A stretch of 63,714 nucleotides of DNA, the filler included, from Octopus bimaculoides (taxonomy: Eukaryota): the NCBI RefSeq assembly GCF_001194135.2. It is 5 parts of 5 records of this genome, joined end to end, with 100 filler letters (N's around TTAATTAATTAA, not from the genome) between each part and the next. Parts side by side here need not be neighbours in the genome. Positions count along the whole stretch, not along the records: positions 44,174 to 62,359 come from NC_069003.1; positions 62,460 to 63,714 come from NC_068990.1; 3 more parts are not named here. One strand, written 5' to 3'. Below the pieces are notes generated by a model. That model did not search any database. It saw only the letters and a program-made list of their open reading frames with translations, and was not told the DNA's origin. A program made the translations under genes and the position numbers. This document shows positions 52,756-63,714 of this stretch, one piece after another; the first letter of the stretch is position 1; every line of letters starts with the position of its first letter.

Positions 52756-53733
52756 CTAGATGAAAAGGTACACCGACGGCTACAAGAGATTCGTAATGTT
52801 ACGTAACATGCATTCGGTGATTGAGAAGCTATAGTGGACAAAATAATAATAAAAAAAGACTTAAGAAAAACTGATAATTTTGAAAGAATGGCAACAATAG
52901 TACTCACTCACCGTAAACCGGTTCAGCAGGAAAGCTGCGGCATATTGGACGGCCTACAGCACCTCACGGTAGACGATATTTTTCGTTTGCGCTTTCGGGG
53001 CGAACACGAAAAGGTTTTTTTTTCTTTTGCATCCGACGTATAATTGGCCGTACGAGAAGTATGGTTGGCCTAAATGGAGGCCTGTCGTTGTTAGTGTTTG
53101 GCCTTGGAACTTCTTGATGGACATGGCAAAGTAAAGTCGAAGAAGGAACTGAAGTCGACGCAAGGGACAGAGACATTGATTATCTGATAGAGTAAGAGGT
53201 ATCCTGGGTGTAAAGACGTCTCCAATGCCGCAACCCGTAAGAATTGTTGCTTCAAAAACATGAGGCAGCACATTTTTTACCACTAACCGCGTTCCGGTGC
53301 ACAGTCGTGGTAGCTCCAAGTTCCTCGGCAGCATGACCGGAGCTCCAATTTTGAGGTTCAGTTGATGAGGCGATAGTCCGGAGGGATCCAAGGAATTGAG
53401 GAACTCTGTGTGAAAATTAACGGCCTCTTCTTGGTCCACAACAGTGTCCACAGACTTGTAGGTGTGAAGATTTCCAGGAAGACTTCGCAGTGGGTCTTCA
53501 TTGAGTTTCGCAACAAATGTATTTTTGGAAGCTAATATGGCTCTTTCGCATAGCCAATTCAGTTTCTAGTAGTTTACGTGCAGATCAGGAAAAACAGTAT
53601 TCGTAAGGTTGTTCACAGTATCCACAGGTGTGCCTACATGTGAGACAGCCATCTCTCCAGCTGCATCGTATGGAGCTATGCCATCACCAACTGCGAGAAG
53701 TTGCTTGGAGAAGTCACCCGATAAATTGTCGCC
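52756..53733 (-). mobile_element. Helitron 3' portion: PIF1-like helicase C-terminal pseudogene and probable CTAG terminus
   Basis: One frame 53733 to 52954: FSKQLL.VG.G...VFPDL...WLCERAILASKN...EFLNSL.PSGLSPH.L.LKIGAP...GTRL...RLQF...FAMSI...QGQ...GQLYV...TKNIVY.EVL*, with one internal stop. Minus-strand CTAG|T at 52759-52755; palindrome ATGTTACGTAACAT at 52796-52809. Confidence 0.93.
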
Positions 53734-53739
53734 GAAAAA

Positions 53740-54388
53740 CTAGGTCTTCATATTCGGTCAAAAATGAGGGATTTAAGGACAAAAAAACGATTTCCTATTC
53801 AGTTTTTCACAATTGTTGGTCATACGCGGATGAATTCTGTACAAATCGTAGTCTCCTAACGTTATCCTTAGGATGAGTAAATAGTATGTAAAGTTTGAAC
53901 GCAATCCACCGAAGCAGTGAGAAGTATTTGAAGATTTAAAGGGGAAAAAGTGTATAAAAATCGATTTTTTTTCACAGTTTTTCGGGGGGGGGTGTCGCAC
54001 AGGGATGTCTTTAGATATAGAGCAGATACTTGATAGAACCGCCGTTACATGGTGGTTTTTTAGCCGCAAAAGCCAATGAAATCAGACTTTCCAGTAAAAA
54101 GTTTTCTACCGTGTAACTTTGGAAAATTGCGAAAAATCGATTTTTTTCAAAGTTTTTCGCAATTTTCTAAAAAAAAAAAAAAAAAGGAAAAATAATCCAG
54201 AATCCTTGTCCGATGCTGGATCGATCCCAAAATCTAGTCAGTTCGTGTCAATCACGAGGCCAAACATCCCTGAAAGTTTCATCCGAATCCATCCAGCGGT
54301 TGTTGAGATATCTTGTCCACGGACAAACATACTAACAAACACAGCTGAAAACAATACCTCCGACATCGCTAAGGCGAAGGTAATAAAA
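53740..54388 (-). mobile_element. Non-autonomous Helentron/DINE-1-like (HINE) element
   Basis: The minus strand starts TTATTACCTTCGCCTTAGCGATGTCGGAGGTATTGTTTTCAGCTGTGTTTGTT...GGATGGATTCGGATGAAACTTTCAGG, a layout I recall from HINEs. Internal 15-bp IR gaaaattgcgaaaaa/tttttcgcaattttc; ends CTAG before a T run. Confidence 0.6.
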
Positions 54389-54474
54389 TATTTAAAAGAT
54401 AAAAAATACAGTGACAGATAAAGTAATTACACACACTTAACAGATAAAAACGCAGCAGTAAAGAAAGCAATTAC

Positions 54475-55030
54475 AAATAACTACATATACTTGGGTCAGA
54501 TAGTTAATATGTCAGATACAGAAGAAGAGTTGAAAGCAAGAATAATGACAGAATGAAATTGTTTCAGAAAAAAATTACCCTTATCATTAAAAAGGAAAAT
54601 GTTCGAACAATGTGTGTTATCAACAGTAGTGTATGGGAGAAGATGGAAGGTGAGCGTGAAGATAAAAAAGAAAAATTAGAACAGTGCAATATGCTATGAA
54701 AAGAAGAGTGACGATGTTTCGCTGCAAAATAGAATTAGCTATGTGTCGATAACAAGGACGACCGGAGTGACTGATGTATTTTTTTTTAAAATACTATAAA
54801 GCAGAGTGAAAAGTGGTAGGTGACCTAACAAGAAAAGAAGAGAGTAGATGGTCAGAATGAACAAACGGGGTGGATTCGACGAGAGGGATTCGGAAGGAAT
54901 TGGCTGAATGACATCGAAGCATGCATGAAGGCGATAAAGAAACGAACAAAACTGGTTTGGGCAAGAATGGCAGTGAGCAGGAAAAGATGGAAATGACTTA
55001 AAAATAGATATGTCAATCAGTGGGCTGCTA
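54475..55030 (+). mobile_element. RTE-clade LINE RT C-terminal fragment
   Basis: NYIYLGQIV...EELKARI...KLPLSLKRKMFEQCVLSTVVYG approximates YxYLGQ...LKRKVFDQCVLPVMTYG. Multiple stops and frameshifts. Confidence 0.82.
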
Positions 55031-55087
55031 TACTGAGAGAAAAAAAAGAATATATACATTCATACCTACATATACATATATATGTAT

Positions 55088-55126
<39 letters not shown>

Positions 55127-55251
55127 AATATTGTTGTATTTCGGGATGGTCATTTTATTTATTTATTTATGTTTTTGCTCAATAAACACACGCACTATAT
55201 TTTTTTTCACTCGTTTATTACTGTTGTTTTATTATTTTAACGCCTGTCCAT

Positions 55252-55297
55252 TGTCCGGAAACCTTTCGTCGCACATCTGTGACCTCTTCAGTGACAC
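55252..55297 (-). ncRNA. Minimal type I hammerhead ribozyme motif (antisense arm)
   Basis: Minus strand CTGAAGA-G-GTCACA(GATG)TGCGAC-GAAA-GGTTTC-CGGACA. Confidence 0.6.
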
Positions 55298-55378
55298 TTT
55301 TCGTTTCCGCGTGTGTTCTTGCTCAACTTATTCTAGCGAATGGAGCAAGTGGAGCAAGAACACACACGGAAAGGAAAA

Positions 55379-55424
55379 GTGTTGCTGAAGAGGTCACAGA
55401 GGTGTGGCGAAATATTTCCGGACA
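55379..55424 (+). ncRNA. Minimal type I hammerhead ribozyme motif
   Basis: CTGAAGA 55385-91, extra G, stem II GTCACA/TGTGGC, GAAA 55409-12, perfect palindrome GAAATATTTC (55409-18), predicted cleavage after C55418. Confidence 0.7.
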
Positions 55425-56964
55425 ATGGACAGGCGTTAAAATAATAAGACAACAGTAATAAACGAGTGTCCTTTATCTTTTACTTGTTTCAGTCATGAGA
55501 CTGAGGCCATGCTGAAGCACCGCCTTCAAGAAAGACATTTTAGTCCAATAAACGGCCCTTGTACTTATTTTTCTTACCACACAGCCACGCCTGCGCCTAT
55601 ATACATATATATGTGTGTGTGTGATGGGCATGACTTTAAATTGCATCCGATAATAGACCTCTGGTTCGGGAGTTCCACCTCTTAATCACTAGTGTGACAA
55701 GGTCTACATTGACCCAGGATTCTAGCACCGGTCAATGTCCCAGCTATGGGTTAACTAGCGCATGTGATGACAATCCACCTGAACGCATGTCGCAGATATA
55801 CCCTTGGTTGGTGTCAGGGCGTGCAGTAACCCCACCGGAATGAGAGACCTGTTGCTGCTGTCACCTGTTTTCATCCTTCAAGAAGAGACACTCTTATGTA
55901 AACCCTGCAGTTTTACATGATTATTAGTCATCTCGCTTCGGCCTGTCACTACGTACTAACCACAAAGACTTTTGTACAAGCGTTTACCACTATAATCCAA
56001 TGATGTACAGATGTTTCTTTATAGTGGTTTCATTTGTAGTAACATCCGTCTACTGAAAGTCCTATGGTGTTGCGACGTGTGCAGATTTAAACAGTTGGAA
56101 GCGCGCAGTATGTTACAACTTTTGTGTGTCACCTATTCTTCAAACCATGCAGATCTGTAACGGAACAGAATAGTCATCTGATAGGTCATGGACGGAGAGT
56201 CAGATATGCCATTGACTACGAGGAAGTACAAGGAAAAGACAATCATCCGTGAAGATGAAGCAAACATCATGTAATTATATGTATGTACACATACATACAC
56301 GCAAACACACACATATTAAATATATGAAGTATATTATACCTCTCTATGCCATAGAATAGCTAATGCATCCAAATTTAGATTTTCTCAACATTACTTCATT
56401 TTGATAACTAGATAAGACACTATGGCTTCAATTTACATGGGCCTCGGAGAAGAAAAAAACAAAACTATGGCTTGAACTGGAAGATAAATCCCTTTACGAA
56501 GTCTTACACTTATAATACAAAGCATCTCAATTTTGTACACAGGAATATTTTGAGTATCCTTTGCTAACATATTAATTCTAAACAGACATTTTGCTCAAAT
56601 CTCTTCGTGTTCACGACGAGTATCTGAATCTCTTCAGAACTGAAATCTTTTATCTATCCAATCAGGCAGACCATATACATTACCATATAAGCATATAATT
56701 CGAGAAAAACCTTATAATTACGAAACTTCTTATAACTTACACATACTCTCTACAACAAATTCTACTTTTTCCTCTTCAAACTAGATCACTGGCTGCATTT
56801 TAATATAGCTTTACTATTGTTTATACATATACATATATATCCATACGTATGTTTGTGTACGTCTATATATGCTTATGTATGTCATTGTTCAGTTTTATTT
56901 CAAGATTTCTTGTCAATAGAGAAAGAGCCGGTTTCTACATCAACAACAGAGCATTTTTCTTTGC

Positions 56965-56997
<33 letters not shown>

Positions 56998-57104
56998 TGT
57001 ATGTATGTATGTATATGTGAAGATTTGTATGTTTTGCTTTGTGTATGTATTCTCATGCATTTTGTTGCATATCTAGATATGCTCATATATATTTAAGCGA
57101 TAAA

Positions 57105-57570
57105 CTTCTGGAAAGTTTTACAGATTTTTACAGTTCCACTGATGGGTTGGATCTATTAGTCTTCGAATTAGCTTTTTCCTTTCTGGTTTTGAGAAGCCCA
57201 ATTTCTCAAGATTGGTATTTAGGCAGCGTGTAACATATCCCAGGGCCCCAATAATTACAGTCATAAACCTGAGAGTAACTGCAGATTTCTCAATAGTTCA
57301 GCATAGGTATTCTCTTTTTCACTGATCTTTATGTTAACATCCACCGAGCAGCTAATTTCCACAACTGTTCACAGTTTCACTTCTCTATCCCAAATCATTA
57401 TATCAGGTCTGTTGTGCTTACATTTTATTGAGGTCTTCACTGGTACATTCTACCAGTTTTCCTTTATTTATTATGAGTGGCTATGGCTTCTACCATATTG
57501 TGAATTCCTATTTCTTTGTCCTGAGGATTATCCTTCCGACGGATTTCATTATAGACTGTCCTAACTAAAA
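57105..57570 (-). mobile_element. RLE-type (R4/Dong-like) non-LTR C-terminal fragment
   Basis: Minus strand ...IKCKHNRPDIMIWDREVKL.TVVEISC..D.NIKISEKENTYAELLRNLQLL [fs] IIGALGYV..CL.TNLEKLGF...SGTVKICKTF. Confidence 0.82.
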
Positions 57571-58113
57571 CGTCATGTCTCATCGGTAGATAATATCATG
57601 ATGACATTTTCAGACAACTGCTTATGATGTGGCTGATATCTTCAGTCTGCATTGGTTGTCACGTTTTAGGGCTTTTCCTGCATCTCTATCCCTTTTGTGC
57701 ATCAGATACCTGGTTGATGTTTCCTTTTCCGGGATTACAAACGAATACCCTTCAAAGTGAGAGGTAGTAATCCGGGTATTGGTCCATTACAAACTGCTTT
57801 GATGGTCGATATTACTATCAGCGCGGAGCTTTCTAACATATCCATGCATCGTCTTCTGCTCATATAGGCTCATCCTTTCATCTGATCATGTGTGTATGTA
57901 CGTATGTATGTATGTATGCATGTGTGTATGTATGTGTATGGCCATACTCGATAACGAGGGGGCAGCCATCATGTATATATGTATATATGTATGTATGTAT
58001 GTGTGTATGTATGTTTGTATGAATATATGTATGCATGTATGTATGCATGTATGTACGTATTTATATATGTTTGTACATGTATATATATGTGTGTATGTTG
58101 GTATGTATGTATG

Positions 58114-58148
<35 letters not shown>

Positions 58149-58342
58149 ATTGATGTGTTTAAATATCTACTGCTATGTGTATAGTTGTATAATAGTATTA
58201 TGTGCTTCGTTTAATTCATTTGATTTTAAACTAATAAAATAGAATTTGAGATTCTTATTTCTCATTGATCCACGAACCCTTACTTTTAAGCTAATTACTT
58301 GCATTCGTTGACCTGATAGCTAATGATACAGCCAAATCCCTC

Positions 58343-58403
<61 letters not shown>

Positions 58404-59902
58404 CGCGTACGTGCACGCGTGCGTTTACAAACATTCGATTTATCCATATAATTCAACCTCAACACAAAACCACCTACTTTTCCTACGTTTCCTACTTTAT
58501 CCACATAGATATAGTAAAGGTCCACATGCATACAATTATACTAATCTCTTCAAGTTTAAACATATTTCTTTGTAAGCTACAAACAAACAGACAAGCTAAT
58601 TACCAACCTTGGACTATCTAATCCTACAATTTTAAATCCCACTCCAAATTCTAACAATTTATTCTATTAATTTAGAATTCTCTACGGTGTTTAAATAAGC
58701 TTATTTTAATTCACGTAATTTGTTTGAAATATATATTTTCTCTAATTGCTATATTAACTAGTTTCGTTGCACAATAATTAAAAAGTATTACTTTCTGTAA
58801 TTAAATTAAATCAATTAATAACATAACCAACTAGTTAGTTAAATTTCATCCAAAAATAACTTCAATAGTTAATGAATATAATTTTCCTACTTTGCTATTC
58901 AAACGATTATACTTTTATCCATATAATTTTACATGAGTATTTTCATGTACATAACCTTTGAGACTCATTGTTACTCTTCAATAAATTATATATTCCAGCT
59001 TAATAGAATATTTAGAAATTATTTCTCTATTCACGTTGATATTTCCAAACCTACGTGTATAGGCCGTATCCTTATCGTATCTTACAGATGTAAATATGTT
59101 TGTTAAAATAGGACTTTATAGATTAATTATTTGTAATAGCGATTCAATTTTAATAACATCGTAAGTCATTTGAAATATCGCAACATATATTTCCTTTACA
59201 TTTGTATTGCTATTTCCGTGTAGTCAATATGAATTCCTTCCATATTCGTTGAACTTTTTCATTTCGCATGAATTGCAAAGTAATGTTATATATGTAATTC
59301 CTCATTGCATATGAACTGTTTTGTCCGTTACATTTCTCTTATACATAATTCTAAAATGCGTTGAAATTAATTCGAAATTTTGTTTGTTATTTTTATTTTA
59401 GTATTTATAGTTGATTACAAACCTAAACGTAATCACCAAGAATTTTCTCACTATACTTCAAAAAATTATAACTCTGCCTTCTTTCCAATTTTCCTTCTAT
59501 TCAACTTTTATTTTACTTTCTTTTTATTTTAGATATATATATCATCTACAAACCCTTTATTTTCCTTTCTTAGCCGTTCCTTTAATGTGTTTAACTAGTT
59601 TCAATTGCACAATATTTAAAATATTTTTCTTTTGACCACTTAAGTCCACTCTCTTATAACGTAACCAGCTGCTGGGTTAAAATTTGCACACATAACTCTG
59701 TTTTCCTCAAATAACAATAGTATTTTTATTTCAATAAAAACATTTATCCTGTCTACATATATTTTCTACTCATGTATCTATATTCAATAACGCTAGAACC
59801 CAACCATAGTATAATCGTCGGTAAATTACATACTGTATCCTGTTTTAACGTAGAGGATTATTTCCCCACTCATGTTAGTGAGGTAAGATTTATCCCCACT
59901 TA

Positions 59903-60122
59903 AAGGCGGCGAGCTGGAAGAAACGTTAGCACGCCGGGAGAAATGCTTAGCGGTATTTCGTCTGTCTTTATGTTCTGAGTTCAAATTCCATCGAGGTCGA
60001 CTTTGTCTTTCATCCTTTCGGGGTCGATAAATTAAGTACCAGTTGCATACTAAGGTCAATCTAATCGACTGCCCCCCCCCCAAAAAAAATTTTCGGACCT
60101 TGTGCCTAGAGTAGAATAAAAT
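59903..60122 (+). mobile_element. Full-length SINE with 15-bp TSD
   Basis: GGCGGCGAGCTGG..GAAACGTTAGC...GAGTTCAAATTCC...GCCTAGAGTAGAA. TSD ATTTATCCCCACTTA at 59888-59902 and 60123-60137. Confidence 0.92.
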
Positions 60123-60149
60123 ATTTATCCCCACTTATATGTAGGTATT

Positions 60150-60456
60150 CTATTAGAAGAAACTTTACTGCGGTAGCCAACATGACAAAAAAAACTGTCG
60201 TATTGGCTTTTTGGTGCAAAATTCACTCTTGTTTAGCCAGTTAGCTAATCGCGGCACCAGCGCCTGTCCTGACACTATCAATTTATATATCGCTGGCGGG
60301 GAAATGGATCGCTGCTGTCTCTAGCTGACGAAATCACGTGATCTGGTGGTCTAGGTCACTTACCGCTGACTATATAGACAAAGTGCATTTTGCACCAAAA
60401 AGCCAACATGTGACTTTCTCGCATGGTATCTATCGCAGTATAGTTTGTTCTTAGAG
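60150..60456. mobile_element. ~307-bp MITE with long, partly diverged TIRs
   Basis: Perfect 20-bp IR TTGGCTTTTTGGTGCAAAAT (60203-60222) / ATTTTGCACCAAAAAGCCAA (60387-60406). Imperfect complementarity extends outward to about 60150 and 60456. Confidence 0.75.
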
Positions 60457-60891
60457 AACATCCACGTTTACCTTGGAATACATATTACCCCTCTGTATTA
60501 ATGTTACCTCTGTCTCTAATATATATATCTATGTCAGTATATTGAAACCAACACAGAGGTATATATTCATGTCAGTATATTAAAACCAACGTATTAGAAT
60601 GCTTTATAGGTGTATAAACAAATTTCTTAAAATATTAATTTTCTAATTTTTTTAATTATTATTTAACTCTAATTTAAGTATATTAATATATTCCATATTC
60701 TCTGATCCGTTACTAATATGCCTTTTAGCTTTAATATAAGTAACTTGACATTTAAAAACATATGTTTCCATTTTATTTTGGGTCTCTATTTCGGTATAAT
60801 CAATTAAAGCCCTCCGTCTCTATTCTTTTATGATACATATATATAAGTTATCGATACATATATCTTTTATGATACATATATATAAGTTATC

Positions 60892-61229
60892 GAGGCGGTG
60901 AGCTGGCAGAAACGTTAGCACGCTGATTTTAATTACGCTTCTAAATGTTAAGTTACTTGTATTAAAGCTAAACATTTAGGCATATTAGTAACGAATCAGA
61001 GACTATGGAATATATTAATATACTTAAATTAGAGTTAAATTATAAAAAAAAAAATTAGAAAATTAATATTTCAAGGAATGCCTCGTTCTGAGTTCAAATT
61101 CTGCCGAAGTTGACTTTGCCTTTCATCCTTTCGCGGTCGATAAATTAAGTATCAGTTTCGTACTGGGGTCAATCTAATCGACTGGGGCCCACCCAAAAAT
61201 TTCGAGCCTTGTGCCAAGAGTAGAAAAGA
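60892..61229 (+). mobile_element. SINE with 14-bp TSD, interrupted by an inverted copy of flanking DNA
   Basis: TSD ATATATAAGTTATC at 60878-60891 and 61230-61243. Segment 60939-61078 is the reverse complement of 60624-60756. Confidence 0.88.
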
Positions 61230-62920
61230 ATATATAAGTTATCTCCTTTAATTATTTCGAATACAAGTTGAAACGACTTTGAGTTGGTGATGGTATATTT
61301 GCGATGGCCTATCAAAAATCGATTTTTGTAGTTTCAGTACTTGCTTGATATTGAAGAACCTGCTTATCGATAAATATACTATATAACACTTAATAAGAAA
61401 TATGTGCCGTTCGTAGTGTATAAAAATCTTATGCCGACACACAAACGCTTATATGCACGCACGCACACACACACACACACACACAAACTCACGCCTGTAT
61501 ATAGATTCTAGTGTGCATGCACACACATGTGCATGTCACTGTAACTTGAACAGCTTAAACCCTTAACATTATTTCTTATCTCTCACAAAAATCCTTGTAT
61601 TTAATATTCATCATATTACTGATTTATTACTATTGTTCCCAGTGCACACAGGAAGAGAAATAAATTACTTTTGTCACCCAAAAGAGATAGACTGTTGTAA
61701 TTTTATATAATGCAAAGCGGATATCCATGTATAGTCAATAATTTGCATGGCTATATTGACATTTAGGTATAAAATTCGTAATGAGCGCTAGATTTTTAAT
61801 AAGCTATAAAATAGATATATATATATATGTGTATTTACATGCACATGATTTATATCCACCAAACTAAACCAAATACCTTCGTTTGTCTTACGGGACAAAG
61901 AAGTTTTCTTATTAACCAAATAACTGTATATAAAACATATAAATACTCTAAAATGTGTCGAGTGCCTCACTGTGAACGAACTAAACATGTAAGCTTAGTC
62001 TTTCTCTGTTATTTCAATGCGGAACAAAAGGAAAGGAGCTTCCTGATTGATCGTTTTACGGTTTATTGACCACATTAAAGTACTTATAATTGCGGTCAGC
62101 GCAATAAGAGGACAGCCGTTTTTTTTTGTTTTTTTTTTTGCATATGTGTGTTTTTGACAGCTCGTCGTTAATTAAACAATAATCTATGAACGCTTCACAT
62201 AGCAGCTGACCTGGAAGGATGAAAGGCACAATTAAGTTGCAAGAATTGATGTCAGAATTCAAATAGCAGAAACAAATAAGACAAAAGCATTTCGTCTGAC
62301 TCTCTAACGATTCTACCAGCTCGCCACTTTCAAGATATATATACATATATATATATATANNNNNNNNNNNNNNNNNNNNNNNNNNNNNNNNNNNNNNNNN
62401 NNNTTAATTAATTAANNNNNNNNNNNNNNNNNNNNNNNNNNNNNNNNNNNNNNNNNNNNTATATATATATATATATATATATATTCATGCATGTATGAAG
62501 GACTACATTGTCCAGTCTGTCGTCCCCTTGTGAATAAGACAAAGAGTACCTTGAAGAAAATGTCGATACTATTTTCGAACAGTTTCACGAATGGGCGGCC
62601 ACATAGACGGCGCTTTCGTTGACAGAAGAGTGATGGTAGCTGTAGCAATGCTGGTGGTAGTGAGAGATCAACAGAGATAGTGGTGACGATGGTGACGGTG
62701 ACAATTGTGATCGTAGCCGTGATAGATATTGTTAATTACTGTTAACTAATTAGTGACATAAGATGAAGTGCTAGATCTAATGATACTGGCTGAAGTGATG
62801 GTAAAGATAAAGTTACCTTCTCGAGTCATGCAAATTCACAAGGGCCAGTTTCCTCGGTTTCATGGCGTATGCATTGTGTCTGTCTCAGGATTCGGTCTGA
62901 CCCCGGTCAGTCTCAGGATT

Positions 62921-63062
62921 ACTCATTTTTGCTGAATGGACTGGAGCAACGCGAAATGAAGTGTTTTGCTCAAGAACACAACGCGTCGCCCGCTTCAGGA
63001 ATCGAAATCACAATCTTACGATCGTGAGTCCAAGACCCTGACCACTAAGCCACGCGTCTCCA
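62921..63062 (-). mobile_element. tRNA-derived SINE head (minus strand)
   Basis: Reverse complement GTGGAGACGCGTGGCTTAGTGGTCAGGG...GATTTCGATTCCTG...GTGTTCTTGAGCAAAACACTT...GCTCCAGTCCA. Confidence 0.8.
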
Positions 63063-63463
63063 CGGAAGTGATAACAGTGCTGGTATTGGTGACTAGCAAC
63101 AAGAAGCCGACAGTTGGATAGTAAATGCCAATTTAAGCATAGACGTTTACACATACAAGCAAACTTAGTTACGTATGGACGTACGAACACAAACATACGG
63201 ACAACCAGACAGACTTACGCAAGCACACACGTATAGACATACGTACAAACACAATCACACACACACATATACATACATACACAAAAGCAAAATTTCATAC
63301 ATGTGGTGATGGTGATTCTGCAGGTAGTGGTAATCATACTGGTATGTGTTAGCAGAGGTCGCAGTTGTATTGGCAATGTTAGTAGTGGTGGTAGTGATGG
63401 AAGCAGTTACAGAATATAGAGTAGTCGTATGCACATACCGTTAGATACACACGTACATATGGA

Positions 63464-63509
<46 letters not shown>

Positions 63510-63714
63510 CTCTTTTACTCTCTTTTACTATTTTACTTGTTTCAGTCATTTGACTGCGGTCATGCTGGAGCACCGCCTTTAGTCGAGCAAATCGACCCCA
63601 GGTCTTATTCTTTGTAAGCCTAGTACTTATTCTATCGTTTACTTTTGCCGAACCGCTAAGTTACGGGGACGTGAACACACCAGCATCGGTTGTCAAGCGA
63701 TGTTGTGGGGACAA
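63510..63714 (-). mobile_element. SINE 3' half (minus strand, runs off the window)
   Basis: The reverse complement ends ...aaggcggtgctccagcatgaccgcagtcaaatgactgaaacaagtaaaa, the same tail as 45176-45240 and 10947-10975. Confidence 0.85.

Larger units (their letters stand above)
55208..55468. repeat. 117-bp inverted repeat of a Penelope-type terminal sequence, 27-bp spacer
   Basis: Arms 55208-55324 and 55352-55468 are reverse complements at roughly 90% identity by eye. Confidence 0.93.

Noticed and set aside
62548-62585. Hammerhead-like CTTGAAGA-AAAT...ATTTT-CGAAC
   Set aside because: Both core segments deviate (an insertion in CUGA, and GAAC). At most a dead relic.

Overview
This is AT-rich, microsatellite-saturated and gappy eukaryotic genomic DNA. 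The SINE families, repeat content and Hox sequence suggest a coleoid cephalopod, probably Octopus (inference). The only supportable host gene is the 3' coding exon of a Hox1/labial gene (13658-14235, +), with an intact homeodomain and an unusually long Gly/Asn/Ser linker. Its hexapeptide-bearing first exon is not visible. It may lie in an unsized 100-bp assembly gap (11575-11674) that directly follows a GC-rich, hairpin-dense island. The rest is non-coding: decayed transposons (mariner, Tc1 DD36E, maT DD37D, Helitron helicase, a Helentron-like element, R4/Dong-type and RTE LINEs, Penelope GIY-YIG), many tRNA-derived SINEs, several MITEs and fold-backs, and simple repeats. The most interesting non-obvious signals are Penelope-type minimal hammerhead ribozyme motifs (two within a 117-bp inverted repeat), a GG-terminated MITE pair with an 8-bp TSD (Merlin-like), and short unique islands around Hox1 carrying candidate CTCF, nuclear-receptor DR0 plus TCF, YY1/Pho and Pbx-Hox motifs. 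Almost all ORFs in the supplied track are microsatellite or gap artefacts. All alignments and motif calls were made by eye; no database search was run.
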